A DNA stretch of 27,875 bases from an uncultured Janthinobacterium sp. (GCA_964658025.1 CAZZXB010000021.1:1-27875); one strand, 5' to 3'; positions 17,906 to 27,823 are shown, numbered from the stretch's first letter. Translations and numbers: made by a program. The notes: generated by a model from the sequence alone, not told the origin.

Positions 17906-18432
17906 GCGAGATACGTCTCGATCAGACGCGCGGGCGAGAGATCCGGGATGCCGAGCGCGACGGCCGCATACGCGACGAGCGTCGCGTCGTCGAACGCGAC
18001 GAGCGGCTCGATCGTCCGCCCGGGCGCCGTGCGGAGTTCCGCATCGACGAGCGCGACAACGAGCGCGACGGACGTGCGGCGCGGATCGAATTCGACGACG
18101 ACCGCGCTCGCGGCATCGACGTACGTCTCGATCACGCCGCTCGGGCGCCCGACGCCGCCGAGCGCGTCCGCGAGCGGCGGAATCCGCCGTCGTGCGTCCG
18201 GCGTCACGCGCAGGACGGCGAGGGGCGGGACGTCGACCCGGGCGTCGGGATACCCGTCCACGTCCGTATCGGCCGAGAAGTCGTCCGGGACCGCGAGCGA
18301 CGCGTAGGTCCGGCGGCCCGAGCCGTTCCAGGAGGTCACCCTCGCCCCGACCGAACGTAACGCTCGTGCGACCCCGTCGCGCTCGGTCGCCCCGAGCGTC
18401 GCGTCGAATCGTACGCTACCAAACCGATTCAC
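17902..18432 (-). CDS. Hypothetical cytoplasmic protein, first gene of the cdaA operon
   Basis: AAGGA RBS and GTG start; its stop overlaps the cdaA start (GTGA); codon usage matches neighbouring genes. Confidence 0.75.
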   Translation of the reverse strand: MNRFGSVRFDATLGATERDGVARALRSVGARVTSWNGSGRRTYASLAVPDDFSADTDVDGYPDARVDVPPLAVLRVTPDARRRIPPLADALGGVGRPSGVIETYVDAASAVVVEFDPRRTSVALVVALVDAELRTAPGRTIEPLVAFDDATLVAYAAVALGIPDLSPARLIETYLA

Positions 18433-18464
18433 GTTCGTTCCTTAAACCGACTCGAGGCTGCCGC

Positions 18465-18473
18465 ATCTTTATA
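18465..18473 (-). promoter_or_regulatory. Putative -10 region (TATAAAGAT) for the cdaA operon
   Basis: AT-rich patch in the 59-bp divergent gap, about 33 nt upstream of GTG 18432. Confidence 0.45.
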
Positions 18474-18491
18474 CGTCCCGACGATGGAGTC

Positions 18492-19400
18492 ATGCGCCGG
18501 GACGGCGGGCGCCTCGCCCGCGTCGTGAGCGTGGGCCGCAACGCGGCGTGGATTTCGTTCGAGGACGAAACGACGGTGCGACTCGCCGCCCTGCGTAAGA
18601 ACGCGGAGCAGTCCTCCCTCGTTCCGGGCGACCTCGTCCGGGCGCAGCGGCTCGAGGACGAACGCGTCGTCGTGGAAGGTCGCGAGCCGCGCACGTTCGC
18701 GTTGCGACGCACGACGGCGGGCGGTCGCACGAAGACGATGGCGGCGAACGTGGACGGGATCGCGATCGTCGCGGCGTTCGCGCGACCCGCGATGCACCTC
18801 GCGATGATCGACGAACTCGTCGCGTTCGCGGAACTCCACGAGCTCACCGCGCGCCTCTTCTTCACGAAGGCCGATCTCGCGCCCGATGCCGGCGTCGATC
18901 CCGAGCTCGTTCCCGCGCTCTATCGCGGCCTCGGTTATCTCGCGCTCGTCGTCGATCCGCGCGACGGCCGACGGAGCGAGCGCGTCGCGGAGGCGCTCGG
19001 GTCGTCGCATTCGCTGTTGATCGGGCAATCGGGCGTGGGCAAGAGCTCGCTCTTCACGACCTTGGGCGGGAGCGGCGAGGTCGGCGACGTCTCGAAGATC
19101 GGACGCGGCAAGCAGACGACCACGACCGGACGACTCCATCGCTTTCCGAACGGCTTCCTCATCGACAGCCCGGGCTTCGGCGAATTCGAACTCGAGGACG
19201 TCGGACCGAGCGAGCTCGTTCGGGGGTTCGTCGAATTCGGGGAACCCGCCGAGCGGTGCCGATTCACGGATTGCCGACATCGTGAGGAACCGGGGTGCGG
19301 CGTCCTCGCGGCGCTCGGGGCGGGACGGATCGCCGCTTCGCGCTACGAGAGCTACCGCGGCATCCTCGCACGCCAGGCGACGGCGCGCAATCGGGGCTAG
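18492..19400 (+). CDS. rsgA: Ribosome small subunit-dependent GTPase A
   Basis: Circularly permuted GTPase: TKAD, GQSGVGKS, GRGKQTTT, DSPG, and Zn site CRFTDCRHREEPGC. GGAG RBS before ATG 18492. Confidence 0.95.
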   Translation: MRRDGGRLARVVSVGRNAAWISFEDETTVRLAALRKNAEQSSLVPGDLVRAQRLEDERVVVEGREPRTFALRRTTAGGRTKTMAANVDGIAIVAAFARPAMHLAMIDELVAFAELHELTARLFFTKADLAPDAGVDPELVPALYRGLGYLALVVDPRDGRRSERVAEALGSSHSLLIGQSGVGKSSLFTTLGGSGEVGDVSKIGRGKQTTTTGRLHRFPNGFLIDSPGFGEFELEDVGPSELVRGFVEFGEPAERCRFTDCRHREEPGCGVLAALGAGRIAASRYESYRGILARQATARNRG

Positions 19401-19419
19401 CGGGTCGGCCGACGGTCGC

Positions 19420-19449
19420 TGGACGCCTCTCCCCGGAACGTGATATAAC
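19420..19449 (+). promoter_or_regulatory. Sigma70-type promoter of rpsT (extended -10)
   Basis: TGGACG (19420-19425), 18-nt spacer, then TATAAC (19444-19449) with a TG extension at 19441-19442. Confidence 0.65.
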
Positions 19450-19517
19450 CTTCTGCGTGCCCGCGGCTCCCGAGTTCGTGGAGCCCGCCGCACGCCGTCG
19501 CACCGCTGGAGATCTCG

Positions 19518-19832
19518 TTGCCGAACATCAAAGCCGCCGTCAAATGGGTCCGTCAGTCCGATAAACGCGCGCTACGCAACCGCGACGTCAAGACGCGTTT
19601 GAAGACGCTCTTCAAGAAGGCGAAGACCTCGGGCGACGAGGCCACGATCCCGGGCGTCGAGAGCCAGTTCGACAAGGCCGCCCAAAAGGGCATCATCCAC
19701 CCGAACAAGGCCGCCCGCAAGAAGTCGCGTCTGGCGAAGGCCGTTCGCGTCAGCGCCGCCGCGCAGGCCGCCGCGGCCGCCGCACCGACGACCACCCGCA
19801 CCGCCCGCAAGAAGAGCGGCGCCAAGAAGTAG
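19518..19832 (+). CDS. rpsT: 30S ribosomal protein S20
   Basis: MPNIKAAVKWVRQSDKRALRN and DKAAQKGIIHPNKAARKKSRL. TTG start with GGAG RBS. Confidence 0.97.
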   Translation: MPNIKAAVKWVRQSDKRALRNRDVKTRLKTLFKKAKTSGDEATIPGVESQFDKAAQKGIIHPNKAARKKSRLAKAVRVSAAAQAAAAAAPTTTRTARKKSGAKK

Positions 19833-19999
19833 ATCCAGGGACGCTCGCTTCCGGATCTCCGTCTGAGGCGTGCGAGGTCCGAGCGGCGCGTCTCCGAGCG
19901 CACAACACCGCAGGGCCGTCGCGCTCGTCTCGCCCGGAACGCAGATCGACCGCGACGATACCTCCGTCGGCCGCCTGATTGCGCGGGTCGCCCCGGCGG

Positions 20000-20005
20000 T
20001 ACGAT
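20000..20005 (+). promoter_or_regulatory. Putative -10 box TACGAT, leaderless configuration
   Basis: 6 nt before ATG 20012, with no Shine-Dalgarno. Confidence 0.6.
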
Positions 20006-20011
20006 GCGATC

Positions 20012-20983
<972 letters not shown>

Positions 20984-20993
20984 CGCATACGGC

Positions 20994-21033
20994 ACGAGAT
21001 CGCGAGGGGTCGCTCGGCCCTTCGCGAGCTCGT
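20994..21033 (+). terminator. Long GC hairpin after the aldo/keto reductase gene (no U-tract)
   Basis: TCGCGAGGGGTC / GGCCCTTCGCGA stem (with G-U pairs), extended by ACGAG/CTCGT, 10 nt after the stop. Confidence 0.5.
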
Positions 21034-21091
21034 CGTCGCCGCACGGTGCCGACGCGACCGCGATGACGGGAAGCTTCGCGCCGCGACGACA

Positions 21092-22591
21092 ATGCCGTGC
21101 GACGTGAAGCCCGATATGCGCGCGCTCTTCGACCGCATCGATGCCGCCGCCGACGCCGTCACGGCCGCCGAATCGCTTCCGGGGATCGCGCTCGGCGTCT
21201 TCAAGGACGGCCGGCTCGTCCATTCGTACGCCGTCGGCGAACGTCGACTCGGCGGCGGCGAGACGCCGACGTCGGAGACGATCTTCCGGATCGCCTCGAT
21301 GACGAAGAGCTTCACGGCGGCGGCGGTGTTGCTGTTGCGCGATCGCGGCGCGCTCGCGCTCGACGATCCGATGACGCGCTACCTTCCGTGGACGCGCGAG
21401 GTGGCGACGCCGGACGGCGTGCCCATCACGATTCGCGATCTGCTCACGATGAACGCGGGCTTTCCGACCGACGATCCGTGGGGCGATCGGCACGAGAGCA
21501 CGCCGCTCGCCGCATTCGACGCGCTCGTCGCGCGCGGCGTGTCGTTCACGCACGCGCCGCGAACGGGATTCCGTTACTCGAACCTCGGGTACGCGCTGCT
21601 CGGTCGGATCGTCGCCGTCGTCGCGGGCGCCGATTACCGCGAGTTCGTCGCACGCGAACTGCTGACGCCGCTACGCATGCATTCGACCGGCTTCGATTCG
21701 GCGGCCGTCGACGAGGCGCGTCGCGCGCAGGGGTACGCGACGTTCGCGAGCGGACTCGTCGCCGAACCGCCGGTCGCCGCCGGCGCGTTCAGTCCGATGG
21801 GCGGGCTCCACAGTAGCGTGAACGATCTGGCGATCTGGGTGCGCGCGATGGCCGCCGCGTGGCACGACGGACCGGACGTCGCCGACATGCCGCTGCGGCG
21901 CGCGAGCCGTCGCGAGATGCAAGAAGGTCGTACGCACGTGAACACGGAGTTCGTGCCCGACGCGGACGGGCACGGTGCGAAGACGATCACGCGCCTGTAC
22001 GGCTACGGATTGGGCATCGAGATCGATTCGCGACTCGGCACGTTCGTCCATCACAGCGGCGGCTATCCCGGCTTCGGCTCGCACATGCGCTGGCATCCCG
22101 CTTCCGGTTGGGCGATCGTCGCACTGAGCAATCGCACGTACGCGCCGATGCAACCGTTCGCGGCCGCGATGTTGAGCGATGCGGTGACGGCGTTCCCGCC
22201 GACGCCCGACGTCGCCGCCTCGCTCTGGCCCGAGACCCGTGCCGCGATGGACGTCGTCGAAGCGCTGACCGCGAGATGGGACGACGCGCTCGCCGACGCA
22301 CACTTCGCGCACAACGTCGATCTCGATCGACCGCGCGCCGAGCGTCGCGCCGACGTAGCGCGCCTCGCCGCCGAGATCGGCGCGTTCGCCCGGATCGACG
22401 ACGGCTTGACGTCGCGCTCCGCGGCCGACGTTCGGTGGCGGGTGCGGGGCGAACGCGGCGACGCCGAATTCGCGGTGCTCCTCTCGCCCGAAGTACCGCC
22501 GCGCATCCAGCATTTCGAGGCATCGACGCCGCCGCCGCCTCCTCGAGCTGACTCGTCCGCGACGACGTCGCGAGCTATGGGTCCACGTTGA
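21092..22591 (+). CDS. Beta-lactamase-family (class C/AmpC-like) serine hydrolase
   Basis: FRIASMTKSF (SxxK), FRYSN (YxN), HSGG and LSN. No signal peptide. The start could be 21104 or 21116. Confidence 0.88.
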   Translation: MPCDVKPDMRALFDRIDAAADAVTAAESLPGIALGVFKDGRLVHSYAVGERRLGGGETPTSETIFRIASMTKSFTAAAVLLLRDRGALALDDPMTRYLPWTREVATPDGVPITIRDLLTMNAGFPTDDPWGDRHESTPLAAFDALVARGVSFTHAPRTGFRYSNLGYALLGRIVAVVAGADYREFVARELLTPLRMHSTGFDSAAVDEARRAQGYATFASGLVAEPPVAAGAFSPMGGLHSSVNDLAIWVRAMAAAWHDGPDVADMPLRRASRREMQEGRTHVNTEFVPDADGHGAKTITRLYGYGLGIEIDSRLGTFVHHSGGYPGFGSHMRWHPASGWAIVALSNRTYAPMQPFAAAMLSDAVTAFPPTPDVAASLWPETRAAMDVVEALTARWDDALADAHFAHNVDLDRPRAERRADVARLAAEIGAFARIDDGLTSRSAADVRWRVRGERGDAEFAVLLSPEVPPRIQHFEASTPPPPPRADSSATTSRAMGPR

Positions 22592-24974
22592 TCGCCAACC
22601 GCACGTCGCGATCGGCGCGCGCGAGATCGCGGAGCGTGTCGCGCAGGTACGCGCGGAGTCGCTCGCCCGCGGTCGCGGTTTTGAGCGCGATCCGATAACG
22701 CCACTCGTCGTTCACGCGGGCGATCGTGTCGGGCGCGGGGCCGAGGACGTCGACGTCGTCGAGGCCGCGCAGTAATTCGGCGTAGCGGTCCGCGGCGCGC
22801 ACGACGGCGTCGCGATCGCGACCGAAGATGCCGAGGTAGACGAGCTCGCCGAAGGGCGGATAGCCGAGTTCGCGGCGGTGTTCGAGTTCGTGCGTCGCGA
22901 AGCCGTCGTAGTCGTGGCGTGCCGCGTGGACGATCGCCGGATGGTTTGGCGAGTACGTCTGCACGATCGCCTCGCCCGCGCGCTCGCGGCCGCTCCGTCC
23001 CGCGACCTGCGCGATCAGGGCGAAACTCCGCTCCGCGGCGCGAAAATCGGGGACGTGCAGGCCGATATCGGCGGCGACGACGCAGGCGAGCGTCACGCTC
23101 GGAAAATCGAGACCCTTCGCGATCATCTGCGTGCCGACGAGCACGTCGCCGCGTTCGGCGAACTCGTCGAGCAGACGCGCGTGATCGCCGACGCGCGTCG
23201 TCGTGTCGGAATCCATCCGCACGACGCGTGCCGAGGGAAAGAGTTCGCTCACGGTCTCGGCGACCTTCTGCGTTCCGGCGCCGAACTCGCGGATCGGGCC
23301 GCCGCCGCACGCGGCGCAGCGCTGCAGGACGGGCGCCTGCGCGTCGCAGAGATGGCAACGCAATAACGTCTCGGACTTATGGAACGTGAGCGAGACGCTG
23401 CACCGCCGGCACGTCGGCACGGCGCCGCACGCGCGGCACAGCAAGAAGCTCGCGGTGCCGCGGCGGTTGACGAAGAGGACGCTCTTCTCCCCGCGTTCCA
23501 ATCGCGTCGCGAGCGCGTCGACGAGCGCCGTGCCGAAGATGCGCCGATTCCCGCGCCCGAATTCCGCCGCGAGATCGACGACGCGTACGCTCGGAAGCGG
23601 CGCGTTCGTCGCGCGCGTCTCCAAGCGGACGCGCGCGAGCGTCCCCGCGCGGGCGGCCGCATCGATCTCGAGCGGCGGCGTCGCGCTCCCGAGCACGAGG
23701 ACGCCGCCCGCGAGCCGCATCCGCTCGCGCGCGACGGCGAGGGTGTCGTAGCGCGGCACGCCGTCCTGCTTGTAGGTCCGTTCGTGCGCTTCGTCGATCA
23801 CGACGAGCCGCACGTCCGGGAGCGGCGCGAAGACGGCGCTACGCGCGCCGACGACGACGTCGATCGCGCCGCGCGCCGCCGCGTGCCACGCGTCGTACCG
23901 TTCGCGTTCGGAGAGCCCCGAGTGCAAGACGGCGACGCGATCGCCGAACGCGCCTTCGAAACGCCGCGCCGTCTGCGGCGTGAGCGCGATCTCCGGGACG
24001 AGCACGATCGCGCGCGTCCCCGTCGCGATCGCGTGGGCGATCGCGCGCAGGTACACGAACGTCTTACCGCTCCCGGTCACGCCGTGGACGAGCAGTTCGT
24101 CGAAGCGCCGCGCGTCGAGGCGCGTCGCGATCGCCTCGATGGCGACGCGCTGTTCGGGCGTCGCCGCGAACGCGGGCGCGCTCCCGGCGCGCGTGCCGCG
24201 ATCCTCGCGTCGGCGAATCGTCTCGCGGAGCGCGCCCGTCTTCACGGCGCGCGCGACGATCGCGTGCGAGACTCCCGCGAGGAGCGCGTCGCTCCGCCGC
24301 AACGTTCCGCTCTCGACGACGTGCGCCACGAGCGCGCGCACGCGCGGGCCGGACGCCGCGACGCCCGTCGCTTCGAGCACCTTCTCCGTCGCCTCGCGCG
24401 CGCGCGGTTCGACGAACGTCCGCTCGCGGACGATCGCCCCGTCGCGCGCGAGCGCGCCGACCGCGCCGAATAACGTTCGGCGATCGCCCGCGCGCCGCGC
24501 TTCCGGATGTCTGAGAAGGGCGTCGAGCGTGAAGCCGTCCGCGAGATCGCCCGCGATCAGGCGCACGAGTCGCGGCGCGATCGTCGGAAAACGCTCGGGC
24601 GTCGGAGGCACGGCGACGCGGAAACGATCGACGACGCGCGGGAGCGCGGGCGCGAAGACGATCGCGCCGAGCGCCTCGCCGAGCGAACAACAATACCGCG
24701 CCGCGATGAAGCGCGCGAGCGCCAGCCCGTTCGCGTCGAACACGCGCGGGCCCGGGTATTTCGCGACGATCGCGCGCAGGCCGTCCGTCGCTTCGGCCGC
24801 GCGCGGTTCGCCCACGACGTAGCCGTAGACGTCGCGGGGACCGAGCGGGACGCGCACGACGTCGCCGAGCGCGATCTCGCAATCCGGCGGGACGAGGTAC
24901 GTGAGCGCGCGTTCGACGCGCGCCGTCCTGCCGAGAACGAAGACGTCGACGACGCGCGCGCTGCGCGGCGTCAG
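22575..24974 (-). CDS. priA: Primosomal protein N' (replication restart helicase)
   Basis: GVTGSGKT, LVPEIALTPQ, GARSAVF, DEAH, GSATP, NRRG, four CxxC, GTQMIAKGLDF and QVAGRSGR. The PriA-like N-terminus extends upstream of the GTG at 24857 to a CTG at 24974. Confidence 0.95.
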   Translation of the reverse strand: MTPRSARVVDVFVLGRTARVERALTYLVPPDCEIALGDVVRVPLGPRDVYGYVVGEPRAAEATDGLRAIVAKYPGPRVFDANGLALARFIAARYCCSLGEALGAIVFAPALPRVVDRFRVAVPPTPERFPTIAPRLVRLIAGDLADGFTLDALLRHPEARRAGDRRTLFGAVGALARDGAIVRERTFVEPRAREATEKVLEATGVAASGPRVRALVAHVVESGTLRRSDALLAGVSHAIVARAVKTGALRETIRRREDRGTRAGSAPAFAATPEQRVAIEAIATRLDARRFDELLVHGVTGSGKTFVYLRAIAHAIATGTRAIVLVPEIALTPQTARRFEGAFGDRVAVLHSGLSERERYDAWHAAARGAIDVVVGARSAVFAPLPDVRLVVIDEAHERTYKQDGVPRYDTLAVARERMRLAGGVLVLGSATPPLEIDAAARAGTLARVRLETRATNAPLPSVRVVDLAAEFGRGNRRIFGTALVDALATRLERGEKSVLFVNRRGTASFLLCRACGAVPTCRRCSVSLTFHKSETLLRCHLCDAQAPVLQRCAACGGGPIREFGAGTQKVAETVSELFPSARVVRMDSDTTTRVGDHARLLDEFAERGDVLVGTQMIAKGLDFPSVTLACVVAADIGLHVPDFRAAERSFALIAQVAGRSGRERAGEAIVQTYSPNHPAIVHAARHDYDGFATHELEHRRELGYPPFGELVYLGIFGRDRDAVVRAADRYAELLRGLDDVDVLGPAPDTIARVNDEWRYRIALKTATAGERLRAYLRDTLRDLARADRDVRLAINVDP

Positions 24975-26044
24975 CGTAGTTCCGCGCTACCCGGTTGTCG
25001 GCTCACGCGTTCGAGCACGGCGCGCAGCGGCCGCGCGGCTACGCCGACGCCGTATTCGACGTCGCCGATCGCGCGCGGTAACACGAAGCGCAGTTTTCCC
25101 GCGCGCGTCTTCTTGTCGTTCGCCATCGCCGCGATGAGTTCGTCCGTGTCGCACTCCGGCGTCGCGAGCGGCAAACGCAAGAGCGCGAGTAACGAGAGCA
25201 CGCGCAGGTGTTCCTCGCCCGAGAACCGTCCCGTTTTCAGCGCGAGCAATCCCGCGGCGCGCAGACCCACGCTCACGGCGGCCCCGTGCGAGGTGCGATA
25301 GTTCGTCACGCGTTCGATCGCGTGGCCGAACGTGTGGCCGAGGTTGAGGATCTCGCGCGAACCCGCCTCGAGCCGATCGTCGTTGACGAACATCGCCTTG
25401 ATCCGGAGCGAATCGACGACGACCGTCTCCCACGGCCACTTCCGTAACGGATGCGGCGCGAGCGTTTCGAGCGAATCGAACACCGCGTCGCCCTCGATGA
25501 TGCCGTGCTTCACGAGCTCCGCGAGCCCCTCGCGCAGATACCGATCCGGAAGCGTCGCGAGGGAGCCGACGTCGCAGAACACGGCCTGCGGATCGCGGAA
25601 CGCGCCGGAGAGATTTTTCCCCGCGGGCAGATCGACGCCCGTCTTCCCGCCGACCGACGCGTCGACCATCGCGACGAGCGACGTGGCGACGTTGACGAAC
25701 GACACGCCGCGCATGTACGTCGCCGCCGCGAAGCCGAAGAGATCGCCCGCGACGCCGCCGCCGACGCCGATCACGAGCGTCTCGCGATCGGCTCCGGCCG
25801 CGGCGAGCGCGCCTTGAACGAGTTCGACCGTCCGCAACGTCTTGCGGCGTTCGCCGAGCGCGAAATCGAGCACCGGCACCGTTTTCCCGAGCGCGCCGGC
25901 GAGCGTTTCCGCGCGCGCGCGGACGCGACGATCCGCGACGACGATCGCGCGCGGTCTCCCGCGCGCGCGCACGAAGGCGGCGAGCGGTTCGCGGACGTCG
26001 TTCGCGACGACGACGGGATAGGGCAGATCTTCGATTGCGATCAC
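24971..26044 (-). CDS. aroB: 3-dehydroquinate synthase
   Basis: GERRKT, GGGVAGDLFGF, MVDASVGGKTG, GKNL, LNLGHTFGHAIE, HGAAV and DKK. The GTG start overlaps the aroK stop (GTGA). Confidence 0.95.
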   Translation of the reverse strand: MIAIEDLPYPVVVANDVREPLAAFVRARGRPRAIVVADRRVRARAETLAGALGKTVPVLDFALGERRKTLRTVELVQGALAAAGADRETLVIGVGGGVAGDLFGFAAATYMRGVSFVNVATSLVAMVDASVGGKTGVDLPAGKNLSGAFRDPQAVFCDVGSLATLPDRYLREGLAELVKHGIIEGDAVFDSLETLAPHPLRKWPWETVVVDSLRIKAMFVNDDRLEAGSREILNLGHTFGHAIERVTNYRTSHGAAVSVGLRAAGLLALKTGRFSGEEHLRVLSLLALLRLPLATPECDTDELIAAMANDKKTRAGKLRFVLPRAIGDVEYGVGVAARPLRAVLERVSRQPGSAELR

Positions 26045-26556
26045 GAGCGTTCGCCGAGTTCTTTCGCGATGGCGCGCGCGAAGGCCGCCTGCGTGCGGCG
26101 CGGGCCGCGCACGACGATCTCCGATTCGCGGTAGTACGGTTCGCGCGACGCGAGCAGTTCGCGCACGCGCGCGATATCGGGCGCGGCGCCGACCATCGGC
26201 CGGATCGTCCGCGACCGTTCGAGCCGCGCGACGAGCGTTTCGATCGGGATGTCGAGGTAGACGCGCGTCGCGGACGCCGCGAGCAACGCGCGCGTCGGCG
26301 CGTGCGTCACCGCGCCGCCGCCGAGCGCGACGACGGCGCACGGAAGCGCGAGCGCGTCGCGCACCGCTTCCATTTCGAGCTCGCGAAAACCGCGTTCGCC
26401 GAGCCGCTCGAAGAGCGCCGGAATCGGCCCGTGTCGCGCGACGATCCGTTCGTCCGTGTCGATGAATTCGACGGCGAGCTCGCGGGCGAGATGGCGACCG
26501 ATCGTGCTCTTGCCGGCCGCCATGAATCCGACGAGCGCGACGTGACGCGCGAGCAT
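26041..26556 (-). CDS. aroK: Shikimate kinase
   Basis: GFMAAGKST Walker A, DTD, GERGFRELE, LGGG, RP and REPYY. Confidence 0.95.
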   Translation of the reverse strand: MLARHVALVGFMAAGKSTIGRHLARELAVEFIDTDERIVARHGPIPALFERLGERGFRELEMEAVRDALALPCAVVALGGGAVTHAPTRALLAASATRVYLDIPIETLVARLERSRTIRPMVGAAPDIARVRELLASREPYYRESEIVVRGPRRTQAAFARAIAKELGERS

Positions 26557-26572
26557 CTCGGCGTTCCCGAAA

Positions 26573-27730
26573 TCAGACGCTGACCGACTCGAACACGCGC
26601 GCGGCCGCGGCGATCGCGTTCGCCAGGTTCTCGCGCGTCTCGTCGATCGAATCGCCGCCGAACTTCTCGAGGATCGGTCCCACGAGCGCGAGCCGGACCA
26701 TCGCTTCGCCGACGATCGAGGCCGCGGGGACGACGCAGACGTCGCTGCGGACGATGCTCGCCGGCGCGACGGTCCCCGCGTGCAGATCGACCGACGGAAG
26801 CGCTTTCATGAGCGTCGGAATCGGCTTGACGGTCACGCGCAACGTGATGTCCTGACCGTTGGAGATGCCGCCCTCGATGCCGCCCGCGCGATTGGAGCCG
26901 CGCCGGATCTTGTCGCCGTCGAGTCCGAACGTGTCGTGCGCGGCCGAACCCGGTAACGACGCGACGTCGCGACCCGCGCCGACTTCCACGGCCTTCACCG
27001 TCTGCATCGCCATGAGCGCGCCCGCGAGCACGCCGTCGAGTCGCGTATCGGGTTGGCGGTTCGCGCCGATCCCCGCCGGCACGCCCGTCACGCGCACGGT
27101 GAACGCACCGCCGAGCGTGTCGCCCGCGGCCTTCGCCGCGTCGATCGCGTCGATCATCTGCCGTTCGGTCGCGGGATCGGGGCAACGCACGTCGCTCGCG
27201 TTCGTCCGCTCCGCGTCGACCTCGTCGAGTTCGGGCGCGATCACCGTGCCGATCTGCGAGACGTGCGCCGTCGTGCGGATGTCGAGCGCCGCGAGAAACT
27301 GCGCGCAGATCGCGCCGAGCGCGACGCGCATCGCCGTCTCGCGCGCGCTCGCGCGTTCCAATACGTTGCGCAGATCGCGCTGACGATACTTGAGCGCGCC
27401 CGCGAAATCCGTGTGGCCCGGGCGCGGGTTCGTCAGCATCTTGCCGCCGCCGGTGAGCGGATCCATCAGCGCGCGAACGTTCTCGAAATCCTTGTTGCGG
27501 ATCAACACGGAGATCGGCGAACCGAGCGTCTTGCCGCCGCGCACGCCCGCGAGGATCTCGATCTCGTCCGTCTCGATCTTCATCCGGCCGCCGCGACCGT
27601 AGCCGCCCTGTCGCGCGCGGAGCGTCGCGTTGATCGCGTCGGCGTCGAAATCGAGATGCGCGGGCAAGCCGTCGAGTATGCCGACGAGCGCCGGTCCGTG
27701 CGATTCTCCGGCCGTGAGATAGCGGAACAT
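26573..27730 (-). CDS. aroC: Chorismate synthase
   Basis: MFRYLTAGESHG, RQGGYGRGGRM, PRPGH, ERASARETA, NRAGGIEGGISNG, KPIPT and RSDVC. Start ATG 27730. Confidence 0.97.
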   Translation of the reverse strand: MFRYLTAGESHGPALVGILDGLPAHLDFDADAINATLRARQGGYGRGGRMKIETDEIEILAGVRGGKTLGSPISVLIRNKDFENVRALMDPLTGGGKMLTNPRPGHTDFAGALKYRQRDLRNVLERASARETAMRVALGAICAQFLAALDIRTTAHVSQIGTVIAPELDEVDAERTNASDVRCPDPATERQMIDAIDAAKAAGDTLGGAFTVRVTGVPAGIGANRQPDTRLDGVLAGALMAMQTVKAVEVGAGRDVASLPGSAAHDTFGLDGDKIRRGSNRAGGIEGGISNGQDITLRVTVKPIPTLMKALPSVDLHAGTVAPASIVRSDVCVVPAASIVGEAMVRLALVGPILEKFGGDSIDETRENLANAIAAAARVFESVSV

Positions 27731-27823
27731 CGAGCGTGCTTTCGACGGCGCGCCGCACACGTCCGCCGCTCGCGTCGACGGCCCGAGCGGGGTCGCCCGC
27801 GCGACCGACCGAAAGGAACGACG

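Noticed and set aside
19831..19999. Intergenic stretch after rpsT: weak hairpin AGATCC/GGATCT and a minus-strand GGIVAVDLRSG fragment
   Set aside because: The hairpin is short with no U-tract, and the peptide resemblance to a propeller repeat is too brief to call a pseudogene or ncRNA.
21092..22591. Calling this an antibiotic-resistance beta-lactamase
   Set aside because: SxxK/YxN motifs are shared with esterases and peptidases; there is no signal peptide and HSG replaces KTG.
22575..22591. Convergent 3' overlap of the serine hydrolase and priA
   Set aside because: Short tail-to-tail overlaps are common in compact high-GC genomes.
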